Source of the DNA: an uncultured Eubacteriales bacterium
GTDB lineage: Bacteria; Bacillota; Clostridia; Lachnospirales; Lachnospiraceae
Length of the DNA stretch: 64,000 nt
NCBI GenBank assembly: GCA_949286525.1
Contig: CASECT010000046.1
Span: forward strand, 1,255 to 65,254
Direction of reading: 5' to 3'
The notes beneath the pieces are model-generated. The model was not told where the DNA came from and made no database searches. It was given only the letters and a program-made list of their open reading frames with translations. Below, piece after piece: positions 30,097 to 42,598 of the stretch. How positions within the stretch are numbered: the stretch's first letter is position 1; every line of letters begins with the position of its first letter. The position numbers and the translations under genes were made by a program.

Positions 30097-31306
30097 AGGT
30101 CAGTCCCTCGATTCTCTCCTTCACTTCCGCTTTCACGCCGCCTTTTCTGAAATAGATCCGCAGCAGATCTCCCGCCTGCAGGCTGCTGTCATCAAAGACG
30201 CGTCTTCCTTCCTCATCCGTCACACAGGCATACCCCTGGCTGAGTTTCTTTGCCGGGGAAACGCCCTCCAGCCGTCCCGCCAGAAGCCCCATCTGGTTTC
30301 TCTTATCTTTTATCGCCGCCTGCATCCGGTCCTCAAGCCGCTGTTCCAGCACGCCGCAGCGATTCAATTTTTCGTTGATACGACTGGTGGGGCTGTAGGC
30401 CCGCATCTGCTGCCGCAGATGCTCCTCCCGCCTTTTGGCATCCCTGACACAGTAAAACATAGCGCTCTTCATGCGAGCCCCGGCGCTGTCCAGGTCCAGC
30501 AAAAACTGCTGAAAATCAAATACCGCGCGCTCAGCTGCTTCCGATGGCGTAGCCGCCCGCAGATCAGCCACAAAGTCCGCGATGGTAAAATCCGTCTCAT
30601 GGCCCACCGCCGATATGACCGGCGTATCGCAGGCAAAAATCTCTCTAGCCACTTCCTCCTCGTTGAAGGCCCATAGTTCCTCGATGGATCCACCGCCTCT
30701 TCCCACAATCAGAACATCCAGACCCATGGCATCCAGGGCCCGAATACCGGAGATCACACTGACCACAGCCCCTTCTCCCTGCACAAGAGCCGGATAGAGG
30801 ATCAGTTCCACATAAGGGTTCCTGCGCCTGGCGATCTGAATAATATCTCTTACCGCCGCTCCGGTAGGAGAAGTCACGATGCCAATTCTGGAGGCATATC
30901 TGGGAATAGGCTTTTTGTACTCCGGGGCAAACATGCCCATCTCCTCCAGTCTGGCCTTGATCCGTTCAAATTCCAGATACAGATCCCCGGCTCCATCCAG
31001 GGTAATCTGTCTGGCATAAATCTGGTATTTTCCCTCCCGCTCGTAAACTTCCACCGACCCGGCGACGATGACCTGATCGCCGTTTTTCATGGAAAATTTC
31101 AGGCCCTGCCGGCGGTTTCCCGCGAACATGACGGCAGGTATGGCTGCTTTCTCATCCTTTAAGGTAAAATAAATATGGCCGGAGGAATGATATTTGCAGT
31201 TGGAGACTTCGCCCTGAATCAGGATCTTTTTCAGAAGAAAATCCTCCTCGAACATCCGACTCACATAGGCGTTGACCTGGCTGACAGAATAGATATTCTG
31301 TTTCAT
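30080..31306 (-). CDS. xseA: Exodeoxyribonuclease VII large subunit
   Basis: GEVSN, SGHIYFTLKD, RGGGSIEELWAFN, VGHETD. Confidence 0.96.
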   Translation of the reverse strand: MKQNIYSVSQVNAYVSRMFEEDFLLKKILIQGEVSNCKYHSSGHIYFTLKDEKAAIPAVMFAGNRRQGLKFSMKNGDQVIVAGSVEVYEREGKYQIYARQITLDGAGDLYLEFERIKARLEEMGMFAPEYKKPIPRYASRIGIVTSPTGAAVRDIIQIARRRNPYVELILYPALVQGEGAVVSVISGIRALDAMGLDVLIVGRGGGSIEELWAFNEEEVAREIFACDTPVISAVGHETDFTIADFVADLRAATPSEAAERAVFDFQQFLLDLDSAGARMKSAMFYCVRDAKRREEHLRQQMRAYSPTSRINEKLNRCGVLEQRLEDRMQAAIKDKRNQMGLLAGRLEGVSPAKKLSQGYACVTDEEGRRVFDDSSLQAGDLLRIYFRKGGVKAEVKERIEGLTYGREE

Positions 31307-31692
31307 GCAATCCTGGCCAGAACGCCGTTGACAAAGGACGCCGCCTGTTCTCCGCTGTATTTTTTCGCGATCTCCACCGCCTCGTTGATGGCGATGGCGG
31401 GGTCAATTTTCTCATATCGGATCTCGTAAACCGCCAGCCGGATAATGGACAGATCCACCTTGGACATACGGCTGGTTTTCCAGCCGGTCACATTCTCGTT
31501 GATGCAGGCGTCAATCTCCTGCACCTTGTCCATCAGATCCCGGCATTTATCCTCCACATACACCTGCTGCTCTCCCAGATCCGTCTCCTCCTCCAGTGAG
31601 AGACGCAGCTGCTGGGGCAGCTCTTCTGTATCGTGAAACTCTATCTGAAAGATCAGTTTGAAAATCTCTTCTCTGATTTGTCTTCTCGTCAT
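31303..31692 (-). CDS. nusB: Transcription antitermination factor NusB
   Basis: MTRRQIRE, IIRLAVYEI, AINEAVEIAKKY, FVNGVL. Confidence 0.94.
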   Translation of the reverse strand: MTRRQIREEIFKLIFQIEFHDTEELPQQLRLSLEEETDLGEQQVYVEDKCRDLMDKVQEIDACINENVTGWKTSRMSKVDLSIIRLAVYEIRYEKIDPAIAINEAVEIAKKYSGEQAASFVNGVLARIA

Positions 31693-31768
31693 GTTCCGTC
31701 CTTTCCGGCAGACCGATCTCTGCCATGTCCCACGGGCCATCTGCCCGGAGACAATGATTTCGCATGGT

Positions 31769-31798
31769 AAAAAAAGGATGTCTATACAGACACCCTTT
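31769..31798 (-). terminator. Terminator-like hairpin between asp23 and nusB
   Basis: AAAGGGTGTCT-GTAT-AGACATCCTTTTTTT on minus strand. Confidence 0.6.
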
Positions 31799-31834
31799 AT
31801 TATACTCCAAATTACAGGGAAACAGAAGAAAAAA

Positions 31835-32212
31835 TTACTGGTTTGACACATTTACCGCGGCGATGCGGATATCCACACCTGTCACGGAAAGTCCCGTCAT
31901 ATTCTCCACCGTCGTCTTGACCTTCTCCTGCACCGCTTCACACACCTTCGGAATCTCGTATCCGTATTTCATGTTCAGGGAAAGACGCACGCTCACAGTG
32001 CCGTCCTCCTCCGCGAAAGTACGGACACCCTTTGAAAGCTTGTTGATTCCCACCTTGCTGATGATGTCCGATGTGAGATTTCCGGAAAGGGAATCTACCC
32101 CCTCCACCTCAGCAGCCGCCAGTCCGGCAATGCCTGCCAGAACCTCGTCGGTAATGTGTACCCCGCCGTTCTCGTCTTCTTTTATCGTAAAACTTCTTCT
32201 CTCCTCTGCCAT
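31835..32212 (-). CDS. Asp23/Gls24 (YqhY-like) protein
   Basis: ITDEVLAGIAGLAAAEVEGV, VQEKVK..ENMTGL.V..VDI; usual position upstream of nusB. Confidence 0.9.
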   Translation of the reverse strand: MAEERRSFTIKEDENGGVHITDEVLAGIAGLAAAEVEGVDSLSGNLTSDIISKVGINKLSKGVRTFAEEDGTVSVRLSLNMKYGYEIPKVCEAVQEKVKTTVENMTGLSVTGVDIRIAAVNVSNQ

Positions 32213-32273
32213 TGTACCTGCCTCCTACAATATGATACCGCTATTATAGCAGAATTACCCTTCCAGGAAAAGC

Positions 32274-35990
<3,717 letters not shown>

Positions 35991-36012
35991 CTGTCTGCCT
36001 CTTTTTAGAAAA

Positions 36013-36039
36013 TAACGGAGACTGAAGCAGTCTCCGTTA
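36013..36039. terminator. 12-bp stem hairpin after the SH3 gene
   Basis: TAACGGAGACTG-AAG-CAGTCTCCGTTA. Confidence 0.55.
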
Positions 36040-36047
36040 AGGAAATC

Positions 36048-37208
36048 TTATTGTACTTGTGCCTGTAGGATATCCGTTCGGACGTATCCTTCCTGACCAT
36101 TGTAGGTAACTCTCGTCCACCCCTCCGCATAACTCATCTGCACAGTCACATACTCTCCGGCATACGCCAAAGCCAGTCTCGGCGCCGTCTCACTCATGGA
36201 CGTCCGGATATTGGTGGATTCAATAAGCCGAATCTGCTGTCCAGCCGCAAGACCCGTGGCCTGCTGCTGTTGCTGTTGCTGCTGTTGTTGCGCCGCCTGC
36301 TGCTCTGCCGCTGCCTGGGCCGCCGCCGCTTCCGCTGCTGCCTGCTGTTCCGCCGCTGCCTGGGCCGCCGCCGCTTCCGCTGCTGCCTGCTGTTCCGCCG
36401 CTGCCTGAGCCGCCGCCGCCTCCTCGGCCGCCTGTTGTTCCGCCGCTGCCTGAGCCGCCGCCGCTTCCTCAGCCGCCACCTGGGCCCGATAATCCGTTGC
36501 CCACTTGGTAATAGCGTCCTGCAGAGTCACATTGACAAAGGTATTCAGCGATTCATCCTCCACCATGGCTTCATTGCATTCCTGCTGCACCTCGTCCTGG
36601 AGCGCCGTCACATCCGATTGCTGTTCAAAGGCCGCTATCAGCGACGCAATATTGTCATCCAGTTCATACTCGCCGTTGGCCTGATTGAAAGAGCTGTAAA
36701 TATTGTTAATATAGAGCTTGCCCTCTTCGTTAGTCTGCACATAGAAGAAATCCAGTCCGGCCGCCGTGGTCTCAATGTCATTGAACTTCATATGCAGATA
36801 TACGGACACCAAATAGGACGAATCGTCCGCTCCCCGTTTGGAATACACCTTCAGATTCTGGTATTCCTCCACATACTGGCTGAAAAACTGAATGTAGCTC
36901 TTCTCCGCGTCGGAAATCGGTGTGGCGATGGTCTGGAGATCCTCCACATTTCCCTCTGCGTAATCCTTATAATACTGCTGAATCAGCGTATTCAGCTCCT
37001 CGTTGGAGTCCTCGGAAAACTCCTGATAAACGCCTGACATGGGATTTTCATCCGCGGAAGTGCCTTCCGTACATCGGGAAAGGATCAACGCCATTGCAGC
37101 AAGAATCAACACAGCCAGCACATAACGATAATATTTCTTCATCCATAAGGTCCATCTATCGCGGTCAAAAATCATCGAAAGTCGATCTTTCAGATTTAAG
37201 CTGTTCAT
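36048..37208 (-). CDS. Membrane-anchored protein with Ala/Glu/Gln repeat linker and C-terminal SH3b domain
   Basis: N-terminal hydrophobic helix; NIRTS..GEYVTV..EGWTRVTYNGQEGYV SH3b-like. Confidence 0.85.
   Translation of the reverse strand: MNSLNLKDRLSMIFDRDRWTLWMKKYYRYVLAVLILAAMALILSRCTEGTSADENPMSGVYQEFSEDSNEELNTLIQQYYKDYAEGNVEDLQTIATPISDAEKSYIQFFSQYVEEYQNLKVYSKRGADDSSYLVSVYLHMKFNDIETTAAGLDFFYVQTNEEGKLYINNIYSSFNQANGEYELDDNIASLIAAFEQQSDVTALQDEVQQECNEAMVEDESLNTFVNVTLQDAITKWATDYRAQVAAEEAAAAQAAAEQQAAEEAAAAQAAAEQQAAAEAAAAQAAAEQQAAAEAAAAQAAAEQQAAQQQQQQQQQQATGLAAGQQIRLIESTNIRTSMSETAPRLALAYAGEYVTVQMSYAEGWTRVTYNGQEGYVRTDILQAQVQ
36260..36477 (-). repeat. Intragenic 45-bp tandem repeat (about 4 copies, AAEQQAAAEAAAAQA) followed by poly-Gln
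   Basis: Visible in both DNA and translation. Confidence 0.9.
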
Positions 37209-37246
37209 ACGTCTGCCTCCGTTTTGAAACAGGTCCTTTAGGTTTG

Positions 37247-37276
37247 AAAAGCAGGATTAAAAAATCCTGCTTTTTT
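37247..37276 (-). terminator. Terminator after tRNA-Arg
   Basis: AAAAGCAGGATT...AATCCTGCTTTT. Confidence 0.7.
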
Positions 37277-37278
37277 CG

Positions 37279-37352
37279 TGTAGACGACTGGATTCGAACC
37301 AGCGATCTTCGGAGTCGGAGTCCGATGCGTTATCCAGCTACGCTACGCCTAC
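37279..37352 (-). tRNA. tRNA-Arg(CCG), CCA not encoded
   Basis: GTAGGCG/CGTCTAC acceptor; GCGT/ACGC D-stem; TCGGA-CTCCGAC-TCCGA anticodon arm; TTCGAAT T-loop. Confidence 0.93.
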
Positions 37353-37371
37353 AAAATCTATCGACCCATCT

Positions 37372-37400
37372 ATATTATCAGAAGCATTTCCCGATGTCAA
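37372..37400 (-). promoter_or_regulatory. Sigma-A promoter of tRNA-Arg
   Basis: TTGACA-17-TAATAT with TG extended -10. Confidence 0.7.
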
Positions 37401-37431
37401 CTTTTTTTGCAGGCAAAAATGAACTTCCAAA

Positions 37432-37507
37432 GCTGCGAAGCAGTCACTCCACCCACATAAGCAGTCTTAGCTCCGCAAGGAGCGAAACGGGAGCCTCTCA
37501 GAGGCGA
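37432..37507. repeat. Dispersed structured repeat, copy A (overlaps ldh 3' end)
   Basis: Ungapped 64/76 identity to 58169-58244; three hairpins with identical stems. Confidence 0.85.
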
Positions 37508-38456
37508 AATCCAGTTTTCCCGCAATCTCCTTCAGCGCCCGGGCAGATTCCTTCAGTTTCTCCTGCTCCTCCCGGTCCAGATCGATGGGCACCGTAGTCT
37601 CCACCCCGTCGCTTCCCACGATGGCCGGCATACTCAAAACCACATCCTCTATCCCATATTGTCCGTGAAGCATCGTTGAAACCGGAAGAATCGACTTCTC
37701 ATTCCGCACAATCGCCTCGCAGATTCTCTTTACCGACATGGCAATCCCGTAATAGGTAGCCTTCTTCTTGGCGATGATCTCATAGGCGCTGTTTTTTACC
37801 GTCTCAGCGATCTCCTTCATGGCATCCTCATGATTGTAAAATCCCCGCATCTCACAGATGTCATGAATGGGAATACCGGAAACATTGGCACTGCTCCAGG
37901 CGGCAATCTCACTGTCCCCATGTTCTCCTATAATAAATGCGTGAATACTCCTCGGATCCACCTGAAGGTGCTCTCCCAACTGATATTTGAACCGGGCGGT
38001 ATCCAGCACTGTCCCGGATCCGATCACGCGATGCTCCGGCAGGCCGCTGAGTTTCATGGCCGTGTAGGTAAGGATGTCCACCGGATTCGACACGATGAGC
38101 AGAATCCCGGCGAAATTCCGTTTCGCAATCTCCGGAACGATACTGCGGAAAATTCCGACATTTTTCTGCACCAGATCCAGTCTCGTCTCCCCGGGCTTCT
38201 GGTTTGCCCCGGCAGTAACGATGATGACCGCCGCATCGACGATATCGTCATAATCTCCGGCATAAATTTTCATTGGACGCGCAAATGGGATTCCATGGGC
38301 CACATCCAGCGCCTCCCCTTCCGCCTTCTCCCTGTCGGCGTCCAGCAGCACCAGCTCCGAAAACAGCCCGCTTTGCATGAGACAGAAGGCGGAGGCGGAT
38401 CCCACAAATCCGCAGCCGATGATCGCCGCTTTCCGATGATTGATCTCTCTTTCCAT
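37467..38456 (-). CDS. ldh: L-lactate dehydrogenase
   Basis: IIGCGFVG, AGANQKPGETRLDL, NPVD, GTVLDTAR, GEHGD, KKATYYGI. Confidence 0.96.
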   Translation of the reverse strand: MEREINHRKAAIIGCGFVGSASAFCLMQSGLFSELVLLDADREKAEGEALDVAHGIPFARPMKIYAGDYDDIVDAAVIIVTAGANQKPGETRLDLVQKNVGIFRSIVPEIAKRNFAGILLIVSNPVDILTYTAMKLSGLPEHRVIGSGTVLDTARFKYQLGEHLQVDPRSIHAFIIGEHGDSEIAAWSSANVSGIPIHDICEMRGFYNHEDAMKEIAETVKNSAYEIIAKKKATYYGIAMSVKRICEAIVRNEKSILPVSTMLHGQYGIEDVVLSMPAIVGSDGVETTVPIDLDREEQEKLKESARALKEIAGKLDFASERLPFRSLRS

Positions 38457-38570
38457 ATGCTTCTCCTTTCCTGCCTTAACGTCGGTGTAAAGGGAGCACT
38501 CCACTTCGCACGCCGACTCTGCTTGCCGTCTCTGTTGCCTTCGCAGAGGAAGCAAAGACGGTGGAATGTC

Positions 38571-38599
38571 ATTATAAACTATATATTGTCCTTTTTCAA
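38571..38599 (-). promoter_or_regulatory. Sigma-A promoter of ldh, giving a leader of about 105-110 nt
   Basis: TTGAAA-17-TATAAT. Confidence 0.7.
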
Positions 38600-38720
38600 G
38601 CGAGATATACAAAATATAGTTTTCATTTTTGTAATGGCGCATCTCATCGGTCTCCACAATCCCGGGGATGTGGAGACACTGATGGATACCGCAAGGAACA
38701 TGCTGTATACAAAAGACTGA

Positions 38721-39236
38721 TCAGAGAACTGGCGGAACATACCCTGCAATCTCCTCCGCGATCTCTGCAGGTGTGCGCCCGTCCACCGAAACATGCAGAT
38801 TCGCCGCCGCCTCGTAGGCAGGACGTCTCGCCTCCATCATGGCGGCAATGTCTGACACATTTTTCTTTCCCTCAAGCAGAGGACGGTTGTCGTCTTTCTT
38901 TACCCGCTTCAGAATTGTCTCCGGGGAAGCTTCCAGAAGGATCGTGACGCCGTGTCTCGCCATGATGTCCCGGTTTTCCTTTCGCATGGCGATGCCCCCA
39001 CCGCAGGAGATGATCTTCGCCCCGCTCTCCGACAGCTCCAGCAGCATCTCCGTCTCCTTTCTTCGGAAGCTTTCCTCCCCCTCCCGCTCAAAAATCTCCG
39101 GGATTGATCTGCCTTCCCCCTTCACAATCGCCTCGTCGGTATCCACCACAGGCAGATGCAGGCGGCCGCTCAGCTCCTTTGCCACCGTCGACTTGCCGAC
39201 GCCCATGAATCCCACCAGATAAACGCATGTTTCCAT
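38721..39236 (-). CDS. aroK: Shikimate kinase
   Basis: GFMGVGKST, DTD, GEESFR..E, SCGGG, RPLL. Confidence 0.94.
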   Translation of the reverse strand: METCVYLVGFMGVGKSTVAKELSGRLHLPVVDTDEAIVKGEGRSIPEIFEREGEESFRRKETEMLLELSESGAKIISCGGGIAMRKENRDIMARHGVTILLEASPETILKRVKKDDNRPLLEGKKNVSDIAAMMEARRPAYEAAANLHVSVDGRTPAEIAEEIAGYVPPVL

Positions 39237-39238
39237 CT

Positions 39239-40000
39239 CTAACGCCCCTCTCCGAAGAAATCCAAAACCTTTTCCAGTTCCTCCGCCACAGGCTGGCCGG
39301 GAGCGCTGCTGCCCTCCATGGCCGCGAAGGTCACGCAGGAGCCGAAAATCTCTCCCACCGCCCGGCTGACAAGCCCAAGATGCCCCATGGACATGGAGAT
39401 AATCGGCGTCTCCTCATGCTCTTCAGAAAAATCGACGGTTACCCTGAGCAGTTCCAGCACGTCCGATACCGCTTGTGGCATAACCGCCAGTTTTACCAGA
39501 TCCGCGCCGCCCCGCTCCATCTGTTCCAGCAGCGCCATCATCACGCCGTAATCCGGCGTCTCCCCGAAATCGTGATGGGAGGTAACTACCAAAACATCCT
39601 GCTGCTGTATCTGCCGGATGACCTTCGCCGGCTGGGACAGCTCGAAAAATTCCACATCCACCAGATCCACAATCCCGCTCTCAGCCAGGAGTTCATAGGT
39701 GCGGATCAGCTCCTGCTCTGTCAGAAGCGCGTTCCCGCCCTGATGCCGGGTGCGAACAGTGGTTAAGAGCAGTGTTTTTTCACAGAGCGGCTCCAGAGTT
39801 TTCAAAACCTTTCGGATTCGTTCCGCTTCGCGGATTCCCTCAAAAAAATCCAGCCGCCACTCCAGCATTTTGGCGCCCCGCCCGATAAACGCCTTCGCCT
39901 GACGCAGGATCTCCTCTTCCCTCTCCGCCATGACCGGCACACAGACGATCGGCCTGCCCCCATTGATTTTCTGCCCTTTTCTCTCAATGATACATCTCAT
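39239..40000 (-). CDS. aroD: Type I 3-dehydroquinate dehydratase
   Basis: EWRLD, TVRT..QGG, SHHDF, VKLAVMP, SAPGQ. Confidence 0.93.
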   Translation of the reverse strand: MRCIIERKGQKINGGRPIVCVPVMAEREEEILRQAKAFIGRGAKMLEWRLDFFEGIREAERIRKVLKTLEPLCEKTLLLTTVRTRHQGGNALLTEQELIRTYELLAESGIVDLVDVEFFELSQPAKVIRQIQQQDVLVVTSHHDFGETPDYGVMMALLEQMERGGADLVKLAVMPQAVSDVLELLRVTVDFSEEHEETPIISMSMGHLGLVSRAVGEIFGSCVTFAAMEGSSAPGQPVAEELEKVLDFFGEGR

Positions 40001-40112
40001 GTATGTGCTCTCCTATTCTTCCGCGGCTTCCCTGGCACGGATCTTTTTGTTGCCCTGTACGCCGTCCCCGGGACATATTCTCCCGGAAACCTCTCGGAAA
40101 ATTTCTTACCAC

Positions 40113-40174
40113 AGTATAATCCACCCGCAAATCCCCCGCAAGTGTTTGACACATTTTTTATTTTCTTATATGAT
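40113..40174. promoter_or_regulatory. Back-to-back sigma-A promoters for aroDK (minus) and aroEF (plus)
   Basis: TTGCGG-17-TATACT on minus (40113-40141); TTGACA-17-TATGAT on plus (40146-40174). Confidence 0.65.
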
Positions 40175-40217
40175 AGGACGTAGCGAATTTACATTATATA
40201 TAGAAAGGATCTTTGCT

Positions 40218-41096
40218 ATGAATCATCCGATTTCCGGCAGCACCGGCTTCGCCTGTCTGTTGGGCCATCCGGTCAGTCACAGCATTTCCCCGGCCATGCA
40301 CAGCGCAGCCTTCGATCTGCTGGATCTGGACTATGTATATCTGGCCTTCGACGTCACGGAGGATCGTCTGGAAGAGACGGTAAATGGCCTTAAGGCCATG
40401 AACTGTCTGGGCTGGAATCTTACCATGCCCTTGAAGGCCGCCATCATCCCCCATCTGGACGAGCTCTCGGAGGCGTCAGTCCTCTCCCACTCGGTCAACA
40501 CCGTTGTCAGCGACGGCGGGCGGCTGATCGGTCACACCACCGACGGCGTCGGCTACATGGATTCCCTGAAAGACGCGGGATTTTCCATCGACGGCGGGCG
40601 CATGGTGCTGCTGGGAGCAGGCGGCGCGGCAACATCCATCTGTACTCAGGCGGCTCTGGACGGTGTGAAGGAAATTTTCCTGTTCAAGCGGAAAAACGCC
40701 ACCTTCGCCGAAACCGGTAACTTCGCGGAAAAAATTTCAAAGAACACATCCTGCCGTGTGACACTCTGCGATCTTGCCGACCGGGATCTTCTGCAAAAGG
40801 CCATCGCCTCCAGCGACCTTCTGGTCAACGCCACCAATGTGGGGATGGACGTCCAACCCTTCTCGCTGGTTCCGAAGGAATTTCTGCGGCCGGATCTGAT
40901 CGTATCGGACATCATCTACTACCCGGCTATGACGCCGCTTCTTGCGGACGCCGCGGAGGTTGGCTGTCCTTACTTTAACGGGAAATACATGCTGCTCTAC
41001 CAGGGCGCCCAGTCCTTCTTCCTTTGGACCGGGAAAAAGATGCCCACAGAAAAAATAAAAGAAATGTACTTTACACAGGAGGATCAACAGAAATGA
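40218..41096 (+). CDS. aroE: Shikimate (possibly quinate/shikimate, YdiB-like) dehydrogenase
   Basis: HSISPAMH, NLTMPLK, VNT, TDG, LGAGGAA, MLLYQGA. Confidence 0.9.
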   Translation: MNHPISGSTGFACLLGHPVSHSISPAMHSAAFDLLDLDYVYLAFDVTEDRLEETVNGLKAMNCLGWNLTMPLKAAIIPHLDELSEASVLSHSVNTVVSDGGRLIGHTTDGVGYMDSLKDAGFSIDGGRMVLLGAGGAATSICTQAALDGVKEIFLFKRKNATFAETGNFAEKISKNTSCRVTLCDLADRDLLQKAIASSDLLVNATNVGMDVQPFSLVPKEFLRPDLIVSDIIYYPAMTPLLADAAEVGCPYFNGKYMLLYQGAQSFFLWTGKKMPTEKIKEMYFTQEDQQK

Positions 41097-42127
41097 GTTT
41101 CAAATATTTAAAACAGATGCCCACTCCCGAGGAGGTCAAAAGAGAACTTCCCCTCCCCGAAAAATATCAGAAGTTGAAAAAAGAGCGGGACACTGTCATC
41201 AGCGACATTATTACCGGAAAGGACGACCGTTTTCTCGTCATCATCGGACCCTGCTCCGCGGACAACGAGGACGCGGTGTGCGACTATGTGAATCGTCTGA
41301 CTGCCGTTCAGGAAAAGGTGGCCGACCGGGTTTACATTGTCCCGAGAATCTACACCACCAAGCCCCGCACCACCGGTTCCGGCTACAAGGGCATCGCCTC
41401 CCAGCCGGATCCCACAAAAGCCCCGGATATGGTGGAGGGTCTGATCGCCATGCGTAAGATGCACATCCGGGCCATCGAGGAGAGCGGTTTTACCTGCGCT
41501 GACGAGATGCTCTACCCGGAGAACTGGGGTTATGTGGAAGATCTTCTCTCCTATGTGGCCATCGGCGCCCGCTCTGTGGAAGATCAGCACCACCGGCTGA
41601 CTGTCAGCGGTTTCGACGTGGCTTCCGGCATGAAAAATCCCACCAGCGGCGATTTCTCCGTGATGCTCAACTCCGTGTACGCGGCTCAGCATCCCCACCA
41701 CTTTACCTTTGCCGGCTACGAGGTGCTGACCACCGGAAATCCCCTGGCCCACACGATCCTGCGGGGCGCTGTCAGCAAGCACGGCAACAGTGTACAGAAC
41801 TACCACTACGAAGACCTGATGAGACTGTCACGGATGTACCATGAGATGGATCTGGTCAATCCCGCCTGCGTCGTGGACGCCAACCACTCCAACTCCAACA
41901 AACAGTTCAAACAGCAGATCCGCATTGTCCGGGAAGTCATGGCCAGCCGCCAGTTCTCCCCGGAGATCAAAAAACTGGTCAAAGGCGTCATGATCGAGAG
42001 CTACATCGAGGAGGGCTGCCAGCCCATCTCCGACCACCAGACCTACGGCAAGTCCATCACGGATCCCTGCCTCGGCTGGGCGGACAGCGAACGTCTGATC
42101 CTGACCATTGCGGAGATGAATAAATAA
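41093..42127 (+). CDS. aroF: DAHP synthase, class I
   Basis: IIGPCS, KPRT, IGARS, GMKNPTSG, DANHSNS, MIES, SITDPCLGW. Confidence 0.92.
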   Translation: MSFKYLKQMPTPEEVKRELPLPEKYQKLKKERDTVISDIITGKDDRFLVIIGPCSADNEDAVCDYVNRLTAVQEKVADRVYIVPRIYTTKPRTTGSGYKGIASQPDPTKAPDMVEGLIAMRKMHIRAIEESGFTCADEMLYPENWGYVEDLLSYVAIGARSVEDQHHRLTVSGFDVASGMKNPTSGDFSVMLNSVYAAQHPHHFTFAGYEVLTTGNPLAHTILRGAVSKHGNSVQNYHYEDLMRLSRMYHEMDLVNPACVVDANHSNSNKQFKQQIRIVREVMASRQFSPEIKKLVKGVMIESYIEEGCQPISDHQTYGKSITDPCLGWADSERLILTIAEMNK

Positions 42128-42130
42128 GCC

Positions 42131-42209
42131 GGCAAAAACCCCCTCTTTCGGACACGCTTTCGCTTAGTGCCGGCGATTTCTACAGTCCGGAAAGAGGGGG
42201 TTTTTTGCC
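42131..42209 (+). terminator. Long-stem terminator after aroF
   Basis: GGCAAAAACCCCCTCTTTCGGAC...GTCCGGAAAGAGGGGGTTTTTTGCC. Confidence 0.65.
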
Positions 42210-42545
42210 AGTGAATATGTAGCGCTGCAGTCTGCATCGACAATGTTTTTTCTATCTAAATACACCTCTTCTAGTTCTCTCTTTTTTATAGATAAAGGAA
42301 AAATAATTGGATCAATAGTCCCGCCGAAAATCCTTCCAAACCGCCTGGAAAAAATTCCCCATAAATAGTTTTTGTCCAAATAATGAACCGTTTTGGGGCA
42401 TACAAACGAGACCGCAACCTGAAGTTGACAAAATGCATTCTCAAAGCGATAGATGAAAACACTTTGATTTGATACGATATCATCAAAAATCAAATAAAAG
42501 AAGGATTACCATGACTTTACATGAAAAAACTTTCGCGAAGAAAAC

Positions 42546-42580
42546 AAGCGGGCAAGAAATTTTTACATCTTACCCGCTTT
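42546..42580 (-). terminator. Terminator after gltD
   Basis: AAGCGGGCAAGA...TCTTACCCGCTT. Confidence 0.6.
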
Positions 42581-42598
42581 TCCCCGCTTTCATTCCTC

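Noticed and set aside
37279-37352. CGG codon reassignment suggested by the atypical tRNA(CCG)
   Set aside because: CGG encodes conserved Arg in RecA (QARLM, DVRR) and the D-loop keeps the Arg A20-type element
37460-37495. Hammerhead ribozyme (stem followed by GAAAC)
   Set aside because: No CUGANGA core, and copy B lacks the GAAA
38490-38570. HDV-like ribozyme in the ldh leader (CUUCCUC and GCGAA motifs)
   Set aside because: Order of paired strands does not fit the HDV P1-P2-P3 nested double pseudoknot
42164-42493. 109-aa minus-strand ORF
   Set aside because: No RBS or recognisable motif, and it runs through the aroF terminator
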